From: a virus
DNA: 64,000 nt
Reading direction: 5' to 3' (one strand)
IMG/VR virus record: IMGVR_UViG_3300020123_000589
Coordinates: 1-64,000 of that record
The notes under the pieces were generated by a model that saw only the letters and a program-made list of their open reading frames with translations, did not search any database and was not told the origin of the DNA. The first letter of the stretch is position 1. Every line of letters starts with the position of its first letter. Shown one piece after another: positions 42,609 through 51,500 of this stretch. Both the position numbers and the translations under genes were made by a program.

Positions 42609-43482
42609 TTCTAAAATTACAGACTTAACAGGGAAAATATTTGGTAGACTCACAATTATTAAATTAGATAAGGTTGTAAATTATTGTTCTTATTGGTTAG
42701 CCAAGTGCTCTTGTGGAAACGTCATAAGTGCTCGAAGAAGTAATCTTATAAATGGACATATTCAATCTTGTGGATGTTTGTCGCATGAATTGCGCGTACA
42801 ACGTGGGAAAGACAATAAAATACATGGGATGGAAGGAACAAGGTTTTATAGAATTTGGCATGGAATGAAAGGTAGATGTTTAAATCCAAATGACAAGGAT
42901 TACCCAAAGTATGGTGGAAAGCTTTGTGAGAGGTGGTTTGAGTTTCTTAATTTTAGAAACGATTTATACAACAGCTATGTAAAGCACGTAGAAGAGTTTG
43001 GGGAGGAAAATACCAGTTTAGACAGGTTTCCTAATCAGATTGGCAATTATGAACTTAGCAACGTTCGCTGGGCGACTAGAGAAGAACAACAGCAAAATAC
43101 CAGAATGTCTGCAAAAACGGGTAATTACGAAAAACATATTTATTGGAAAAATCGGATTCAAGATACAATTTGTCAAGCATTAAAACGTCAAACAAATAGC
43201 CCAATACTTGAACAATATGTAGGATGCAATTTGAATGACCTTCGTAAACACATTGAATCCCAATTTCAAGAAGGAATGACTTGGAATAATCATGGACGTA
43301 GCTACGGGCAGTGGCAAATTGATCACATTATTGGTTGTAATAATTTTGATCTTTCTAATGAGGCAGAACGAAAGCAGTGTTTCTATTATGTTAACTTACG
43401 ACCGATGTGGAAAGAAGATCATGTAAAAAAGAGTGTTCGTAGATTACAAGTTACAAAAGAGATTGCCAATGCCAAAATTTAA
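42601..43482 (+). mobile_element. free-standing HNH homing endonuclease with two HNH-type domains
   Basis: DLTGKIFGRLT, SCGC, MKGRC, SLDR..GNY..NVRWA..EQ, then GMTWNN..WQIDH..NLRPMW. Confidence 0.8.
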
Positions 43483-45697
43483 ATGCCAAGAGTGCAGCCA
43501 TATTTTTGATGTAGATCGTATCCCCAAGATTGATAGAGGGTCTGATGCTCCAACAGTGAATGATTATTCAGGCAATTTTTTTTGGGGTCCCCGTGACCTC
43601 GGAACGGTACATCAGCATAGTCCAGCAGACTCTGGTTGGGCTCCCGCAGGTACAGAAAATTACGATGGAGTTTCATCTAACGTGATGATGAGTTCTTTCA
43701 ACAGCTTTATGCACAAGCAATCAAATTTAAGCAAAGCAGCTCATTGTGGTCCCTGCTCCGTACTTAAGATGGAAGTTCTTCACATCCTCATTGATCTTTA
43801 TTACAAAGACAATTCTTTATTCCCCGAAGAAGTTATTGAAGAACTTTCTGTAGCTGCAACGGAACTCAATATTGATAATTTTAATGATATTTTAGAAAGC
43901 GTTATCACAGAATATTTAGAAGAGAAAGCCGAAAAGGTTGGAGACAAATTGCCAAAGCTTAAGAATCTTTTGGTTGCTTTGAAAGATATTTCGCCTAAGC
44001 TTGGCAAAGATATTGAGGTTGTTGATAAGCAGGAGAATGTGGATAAAGAAGCTTCATCACATGTGCAAAATATTAATGGTGTTCGTGTATACCGAAATCC
44101 TCAACCAGAACAAGCTGTTAATTTATTTAGACATTCAAAAGAACAAGCGTTACGTTATATTGCTACAGAATATGGGGATATTTATATGTGGGATGCTTTT
44201 GATGTTGAGCATTCACAAATGGCTGAAGATCTTGGTCTAACAGATGACCCAAACTGGTATGACGGTGCAGGTACAATTATCTCAGAGAAACAGGCATATG
44301 AGAGAGCAAAAACATTTAATCCATCTTCTTTAGAGCCCCAAGTAGCTAATTTAAAACAAGCAGCCAAAGAAGTTCCAGCCCTTTCAAACAAAGTAGTTAC
44401 AGATTTGATTCCGATGTTTGTTGATAAAACAGAACCCCCAGACCATAAGTGTAAGACATGTTCTTTTAAAATAGAGAAAGACGGCAAAGCCACTTGTGTG
44501 ATTATGAAAGGTGAAATCAATTTAGAAAAGGGAAGTTGTAATTATTGGTCTGAAAGAGAAGTACCACAAAATGCCAATTCGTCCAAGATGGAAAGAAAAA
44601 CTGCTGGATATGTAGAAGTAGATGGATTGATTAATTGTAGCACCTGCTCCTACTACGAACATGATTTTTGTAAACTCTGGCAGGGGTCTGTTAAAGACGA
44701 ACAATGTTGCATGGCTTGGGAAGGAACTACAACAAAAGAAGCAAGTATAAATTTTCAACAGGCCATGGAGAAAGCTACAAAAGAGTTGATGGGGGAATGC
44801 AAATTAAATGATATAAAAGATATCTCTGGTGGTTATTGTGAAGATTGGGTAGCAACCGTAAAAAAATATTTTCCAAATATTAAACGAGTGGATTATTCCA
44901 TTGGTAAATATATTCCGCATTCTGTAATTGAATATAACGGAAAATTTTATGATAGTGAAACACCACAAGGGGTTTCATCTTTAGATGAATTACCCTTTTC
45001 CAAACGATATGTAAATGAAGGACCAATTGCTTTGGAAGATTATACAAAAGAAGGATCATTAAATAAACAAGCCAATCCTCCGAGTAGATTTTGGATTGCA
45101 CCAAATGGGAAAGAGTTTGATGCAGGTACTAACCACGGAGCTTGGATTAAAGTAAATAAAGATTTGCTTGACAAACAATATGGAATAAAGAATCCAAATC
45201 TTGGATACGTATGGGATGCCTTGTTAAATAATGGTTGGGTTCGTGTATCAAATGAGCCAGCAGGAACAGGATTTCAAATTCAAGTTAAAAATTTAAAAAG
45301 CTTACCATCTTTTCTCGATGATTTTGTATCTCAAAATTTTAATGAGGGTAATCGTATTGAGATGGGAGATCAAAGCGGTAATTTAGTGCAAATTTATAAT
45401 CCCTTTCCCTCTCTTCAGAAAGCGGTCAATAGAGCGTTGTCATTAAGACAAACGGCAAATGCCAACTTAAAGCAAACATCCCTTCTCGATGAAGTATTGG
45501 ATCAAACGACCCAGGACGCTATTGCAGCTGAATACGGTCCTTCAATGCTCATTGCACTTAGATTCTATAATGATGCTGCACGTTATGGACAATCACCAGA
45601 TCGTGCGATGGCCTATGCTTTAGAAGAAGTAAAAAGAATGCATCGTCCATTGGAACAAAGAAAATTTTTAGAAGTGTTGGATACTTATTTTCAGTAA
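43469..45697 (+). CDS. modular putative virion polyprotein, C-terminal part of a split gene
   Basis: Begins MPKFKCQECSHIF; KxA-delimited modules shared with 48501. Confidence 0.55.
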   Translation: MPKFKCQECSHIFDVDRIPKIDRGSDAPTVNDYSGNFFWGPRDLGTVHQHSPADSGWAPAGTENYDGVSSNVMMSSFNSFMHKQSNLSKAAHCGPCSVLKMEVLHILIDLYYKDNSLFPEEVIEELSVAATELNIDNFNDILESVITEYLEEKAEKVGDKLPKLKNLLVALKDISPKLGKDIEVVDKQENVDKEASSHVQNINGVRVYRNPQPEQAVNLFRHSKEQALRYIATEYGDIYMWDAFDVEHSQMAEDLGLTDDPNWYDGAGTIISEKQAYERAKTFNPSSLEPQVANLKQAAKEVPALSNKVVTDLIPMFVDKTEPPDHKCKTCSFKIEKDGKATCVIMKGEINLEKGSCNYWSEREVPQNANSSKMERKTAGYVEVDGLINCSTCSYYEHDFCKLWQGSVKDEQCCMAWEGTTTKEASINFQQAMEKATKELMGECKLNDIKDISGGYCEDWVATVKKYFPNIKRVDYSIGKYIPHSVIEYNGKFYDSETPQGVSSLDELPFSKRYVNEGPIALEDYTKEGSLNKQANPPSRFWIAPNGKEFDAGTNHGAWIKVNKDLLDKQYGIKNPNLGYVWDALLNNGWVRVSNEPAGTGFQIQVKNLKSLPSFLDDFVSQNFNEGNRIEMGDQSGNLVQIYNPFPSLQKAVNRALSLRQTANANLKQTSLLDEVLDQTTQDAIAAEYGPSMLIALRFYNDAARYGQSPDRAMAYALEEVKRMHRPLEQRKFLEVLDTYFQ

Positions 45698-45700
45698 GAC

Positions 45701-45729
45701 TTGACTCCTTTCGATAAGTGTGGTATAAT
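45701..45729 (+). promoter_or_regulatory. sigma70 promoter for deoC (probably leaderless)
   Basis: TTGACT-17 nt-TATAAT with TGn; ATG at 45737. Confidence 0.75.
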
Positions 45730-45736
45730 AGAGAGA

Positions 45737-46444
45737 ATGGAAATAAATAAACTGATTGATCATACTGAGTTGCAACCCAATAAGCCGCTTGGCCGTTATA
45801 CGGAGTTAGTACGAGAATCTATTTTTCATAAATTTCATTCTGTATGTGTTTCTAGTTTTCATACACCACTAGTTGCCAATTTTCTTCATTCATACGTCCA
45901 CACAGATATGAATTTAAATATTGCGGTAGCAACGACAATCGGATTCCCTTTAGGCACCAGCAGCATCCAAGCAAAAGTAGTTGAGATGCAACAAGCATTT
46001 AACGATGGTGCAACAGAGTTTGATTTTTGTATTAATACAGGTTTAGTGAAAACAAAAGAATGGAAGCACATTAAAGATGAATTTGTTACACTTCGTAATG
46101 CAATACCCACAACTGAAAAGTTTCATCCAATTTTGAAGGTTATTTTAGAAGTGGGGTTGTTGGAAGATGACGAGATAAAAAGAGCTTGTGATATTGCAGT
46201 TGCAGCAGGTTTGGATTTTGTCAAAACATCTTCAGGATTCCTTTCAAAATTAGAACCAAAACAGACCTCCAGATATGTCAAATTGATGTCCGATCAAGTT
46301 AAAGGTAGTGGGATGTTGGTTAAGGCCAGCGGTGGAATAAAGACTTTAAGTGATGTTAATTTGATGCTAGAAAACGGTGCGAATCGAATTGGCACGTCAA
46401 ATGGTGTATCAATAATGAAAGAAATAGAGGAGAATAAGAAGTGA
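45737..46444 (+). CDS. deoC: deoxyribose-phosphate aldolase
   Basis: [45 protein letters not shown]. Confidence 0.92.
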   Translation: MEINKLIDHTELQPNKPLGRYTELVRESIFHKFHSVCVSSFHTPLVANFLHSYVHTDMNLNIAVATTIGFPLGTSSIQAKVVEMQQAFNDGATEFDFCINTGLVKTKEWKHIKDEFVTLRNAIPTTEKFHPILKVILEVGLLEDDEIKRACDIAVAAGLDFVKTSSGFLSKLEPKQTSRYVKLMSDQVKGSGMLVKASGGIKTLSDVNLMLENGANRIGTSNGVSIMKEIEENKK

Positions 46445-47097
46445 CAAGTAGACGAAAACAATTTTGCCCTAAAGGACATGACACATTTGTATTTGGACGT
46501 GATAGTAATTATAGATGCAATGCGTGTAGAAAGCCAGTTTCTTTAGGCATAAGAGCAGCTGAGCCAACTATAAAAAAGCAATTTTGTCCACAGGGGCATG
46601 ATACATTTATTGTGGGTAGGAATAAAAGTGGTGGGGGTTGTAAGGAATGTAGTAGAGAAAACAGACGGATTTCGTATAGAAAAACTGCAACTGGAAAGTC
46701 AGTTGGTCGGCCAAAATCTAGCAAAAACAAGCACATTAAACAAGTTTGTAGACGTGGACATGATCTTTCTATAATTGGAAGAGATCAGTTTGGTAATTGT
46801 AAAAGATGTATGAAGCTTTGCCATAGAGCGAATGCTGTTAAATATGCAATGGATAGACAACTTCGAGTACCAAAATTTGGTCAGCGAGGTATTTTACAAA
46901 TATATAAAAATTGCCCTAAGGATAAAACTGTAGATCACTACATCCCTCTGCGAGGCAAAAAAGTATCGGGTTTGCATGTAAGTTGGAATCTACAATATTT
47001 AACTATGATAGAAAATATTAAAAAGTCCAATAAAATAAATCTTTTGGAAGCTTCCGAATGGTATGGTAAATTGTTGGAAAAAGCGGAGCTAAAATAA
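46441..47097 (+). CDS. HNH homing endonuclease with Cys/His repeats
   Basis: 3x Q(F/V)CxxGHD; VDHYIPL..VSGLHV.WNLQ.L..EN..KSN. Confidence 0.8.
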   Translation: MTSRRKQFCPKGHDTFVFGRDSNYRCNACRKPVSLGIRAAEPTIKKQFCPQGHDTFIVGRNKSGGGCKECSRENRRISYRKTATGKSVGRPKSSKNKHIKQVCRRGHDLSIIGRDQFGNCKRCMKLCHRANAVKYAMDRQLRVPKFGQRGILQIYKNCPKDKTVDHYIPLRGKKVSGLHVSWNLQYLTMIENIKKSNKINLLEASEWYGKLLEKAELK

Positions 47098-47848
47098 CAG
47101 AAAAGAATTGAAAAGGAGATACGAAATGGACAAATATTACGTCAGCGATGGTAACGGTGGGAAAGAGATTCCCATCATAAAGAAAGAAGACCCCTACAAA
47201 GCTATTCTAGCGAAGGCTGAGGCACCTACAAGCCGCGAAAAGGTACACGATGAGGTTGTAGCTGGTGATGCCACTACAAAAGAATACAAGACTTCTTTTG
47301 CTGGAAAAGAAGAATCTGTTGTTACAGAACCAGAAAAAGAACTCGTTTATGGTCATTGCAATAATTGTCGTGTTGAACTTACTGAAGATAAAGTAACAAA
47401 GAACGCCATTGATTATCAGAGAAATGAAGATGGAAGCCTTAGCAAAATCGCGTCTAGATTTAGTGTATTTTGTAAAAATTGTATGAAGTTTATTACAATA
47501 ATTGACAGGGATGCTGTTAAGATGCTCCAAGATATGATCAAAAAAGGTGTTCGATAAGAACAGGAGAAAGCACTAATTTTATGATTGCATTAGCTGAAAG
47601 GAAGGTTGCCGTGAAGAAATATACCGATGCGTGGATCAAGTGCGAATTATGCCACTACGGAAACAATTTCATCATTGAAATTAAAAAGAATGACGATAAA
47701 TATTTCTATGCGGAAAAATGCCCACGCTGTAATTCTTACGGTGAATTTCGTGAATGTACTTGCCGTGAAGCATCAAAATATTTACTTTTGGACGACATGC
47801 CTTAAGCCGTACCCGCCCCACACAAATCTGCTGTATAAGGACTTCCAT

Positions 47849-48499
47849 ATGAAAAAGTTATTAGGCGTTGTTATTGCCTGTTCTTTGCTTTTGTCTGCCT
47901 GTTTACCTCGTGATATTGCTCTCGCTAGGCGTTGTCTTTCCTCCACAGTTTTAGTTCATATAAAAATTGCTAAAGGAGATAAGCGCGGCATGGGTACTTG
48001 CTCAGGTGTTTATGTAGCCCCCAATCTCATTTTAACAGCTAATCATTGTGTAGATATGGAAGATGGACTCGAATTAAAAGGAATTTGGATTCGAAATGTT
48101 TATGATGAAGCTGCAAAAGCAGAAATTGTAAAAGTAGATGCTGAGAAAGATTTGGCATTGCTCAAGACATCGCTTAAAGGCATTCCAGTTTCCTTAGCTA
48201 GGAAAGTAACAGTGGGAGAAGAAGTTTGGGTAATTGGGCAACCTCTCGGTTTAAAGTTTGTTGTAACTAAAGGCATCATTAGCAGCCTTAATGTTTCAAC
48301 TTTGAGTTTTCCAATAAATCATTTTATTACGGATGCTGTTGTTTTGCCAGGAAATTCGGGTGGACCCGCTTTCAATTCAAGGGGTCAGCTCGTAGGTATT
48401 TTAACAATGAGTACGTCTGTATTTGGGGTATTTGGTGCAGCTGGTTTAGGTATTGTAGTTCAAATCGACGAAGTGAGAAAATTTTTAAAACAAAAATAA
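47849..48499 (+). CDS. trypsin-like (S1) serine protease with lipoprotein-like signal
   Basis: LTANHC, DLALL, PGNSGGP; MKKLLGVVIACSLLLSAC. Confidence 0.85.
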   Translation: MKKLLGVVIACSLLLSACLPRDIALARRCLSSTVLVHIKIAKGDKRGMGTCSGVYVAPNLILTANHCVDMEDGLELKGIWIRNVYDEAAKAEIVKVDAEKDLALLKTSLKGIPVSLARKVTVGEEVWVIGQPLGLKFVVTKGIISSLNVSTLSFPINHFITDAVVLPGNSGGPAFNSRGQLVGILTMSTSVFGVFGAAGLGIVVQIDEVRKFLKQK

Positions 48500-48500
48500 C

Positions 48501-51500
48501 ATGCAAAAGAAAGCAAATATCCTCGACTGGCCTAAGCCATCTTTAGAGCCAGCTATTTGGAATCCAGATAATACTTTAAAGCCTGAAGTTAAGGAATTCA
48601 TTTTAGGTTTTATCCATTCCTTTGCCAAAGCGAATAATTTTAAAGATATTAATGCCTGGATAACAGATGTTAAATTTGTTGGTTCCCTAACAACAAATTG
48701 TTGGAATTCCAATTCTGATATGGATATTCATATCGCTGTAGATCTTTCCAAGTTTGTCGAAGTGGAACATCCCGAGATGTCTGAGCAAGAAGCCAGCGAT
48801 TATTTAGACGGTATTCGTAAACAGGTTGATCAAGTGAAAGCTAAAGTTCCAGGTACTGAGCATCCTACAGAAATCTATTTTGAAACAGAGTTTACCACAC
48901 ATGCCAGCCAGGAATTCTCTGGTACGTATTCAGTTTTGCAGGATAAGTGGCTCTTAGAACCCCATATTGTTGGACAAGATTTTGACATGTCCACGCTACA
49001 TCCCGACCTATTAAATTTAGCCAAGGAAACAGCATCAGAGTTGGATGCCTCTTTTGGTGAGCTTAAGAGAGATGTTCAGGATATTAAAGAGCTTGAAGAA
49101 ACTCTTAATTATTGGCCACCTGAGCAAAGGGAACTGCTTGAAAAGAAATTGCAAAAGAGATTAGATGAACTTGAACAGGATATTAAAGTACTCGTAGAGT
49201 TACGTGAGGATGTGGCGGAGAAGCGTAAGCATTATAAAGCTTTGTCTGAGCAAGAAGTTCGATTTAAATACTTGCAGAAGTACTTTTACATGCATGTCCT
49301 TACAGATCTTAAAACCCTTCTAAAACAATCCCCTGAACTATCTGTTAAAGATATTCCAATTGTTGAGAATATTATGCAGCAAGCCTCCTTAAAATTAGCC
49401 TACCAAGAAGAAGAGAATCGAATTTTGGTAGATATGGATGATACTATTTGTCATGAAGCTTCCGATGGTGAATGTGGAGAGCCTATGGAAGGGGTTAAAG
49501 AAGCCCTTACAAAGCTCAAAGAAATGGGTTACGAGATTGTAATTTTTAGCCATAGAGCAGATGATAAACATGGCGAAGATGAAATCAAAAAGTATCTAGA
49601 AGCTCATGAGATTCCCTATGATTCTATATATAAAGGTGAAAAACCTTTAGCCAGATTTCAGATAGATGATCGAGCGATCCATTTTGATAATTGGAATAGT
49701 GTATTAAAGCAGATTGAGAAATCAGCTTCTCTTTCAACCAAATATTGGATTGATCCTAATGGCAAAGAATATCAAGTGGGGACAGCTTTAGGGCATTACG
49801 GATGGGTTGCTAAGAACATTTTAAAAGTTGATGATGAAGCCGTTAAGAATGATAAAAATCTCTTAAATCAAGTTTATAATAAAACAGAGCAAATGATGGA
49901 AGAAGGTTGGGCAAGAATTTCTTCTGAAAGTGGGGGGCAATTTGCTATAGAAGTTAATAAGTTAGAAAACCTACCTTCTTATCTGGATAATTTTATTGCC
50001 GCACATTTTAATCAGGCAGAAGCTGAAAACGGTGTTGGTATTGAATTAGATGACCAACAGGGAAGCTTTGTAACAATTACAGATCCCTTTCCTAATATTC
50101 AACAAGCTGTTACAAAGAAACTTAATAATCAAATGTCAGTAGCAGCAAAAATCCTTTCCAAAAAAGAAGCTACTGCTTTCAATCCATACCAAGATGAATC
50201 CTTGAAACAAGGACCTCCTTATGCTATTTATATTGGAACACAGGAGATGGGGGAAGGATATGCTCCTGTTAAGCTTTACAATATTTTTGGGGAGCATCCC
50301 AGATTTGGAAGTACTGTGGCTGAAGAAACTCTACAGGAATTGGGCATTCCAATACGAGAAACCAAAACGGCACAGTTAGGCTCTGAATACGACTTCAGTT
50401 CCACACATTTTTTGTTGCCAAAAGAGATTGCTGAGAAAATAATTAGATGGGCTGTGGAAACCATCCCAGAAGATCAAATAGTTCATGATAGCAAAGATCC
50501 AGGAACTAAAGGGGTTCAACTAGAATCTCACATCACTTTAAAATATGGTTTGCTTACCGATGACTTTGAAGAGGTGAAGAAAGCCCTTGAAGGTGAGAAA
50601 GCTCCCCATCTAAAATTTGGTAAAACCTCTTTCTTTGAACCCGAAGGGAAGGATTACGATGTTGTAATTATTCCCGTAGAAAGTGAAGACCTTCAAAAAT
50701 TAAATGAGAAGCTTTGTTCTCAAGTAGAACATGATGATCTGCAATTTAAAGAGTACCATCCCCATGTGACAGTTGCCTACATTAAAAAAGGTTTGGGGCC
50801 AAAGTATGAAGGGAAAGATATTTTAGAAGGTGAAGAACTTGATTTAAATGTACTAACCTTCTCTCCCAAGGAAGGTTCTAAACAGGAAATGGAACTTGGT
50901 AAAGCAACAGAGAAAAGCTCTAGTTTTATGCCATCAAATACAGATTTGGCACCAAGTAATGATTGGATTTCTGAAACAGGCTACCCAGGCAATTCTGAAA
51001 TGGATGCACCACAGAATGTTTCCGACGAGTCCACTTGGTATTCACCAGAGAATGATCGACCAAGAACGAGGAATTTTTGGCAGAAGATGCTTAGCTTGTT
51101 TCAGAAGCCTTTAAGTAAGAAAGAACCTAAGAATATCGTGCCTGTGAAAGAGGCTTCCTCCAATGTTTTCATGCTAGATACTGATTCTGGATTACAAACC
51201 AAAGCGTTAAAAGATCCTACATCAGAACAAGCCGTAAATTTATTTAACAGTACTCGTGGAGAAATTCATCAGCTTCGCTGGTTTATTCCTGTTGATGGCC
51301 ATTTATATATGTGGGATGCTTATGATTTAACTCATTGGGATGCCATTAAACAAATCGGAATTCCAGCCACTCGATTAGCGGAAGATATAAATACAGGAGT
51401 TGCACGTACTGAATATGAAGCTGAAATAATTGCCGAAGAATTTAAAGAGTTTGGATTTGTTAATATGAATAAACAAGCAAAACAATGGGTTACACCAACC

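Noticed and set aside
42560-43500. Group I intron around the HNH gene
   Set aside because: The HNH ORF overlaps both flanking ORFs, and no non-coding sequence or intron core elements are evident.
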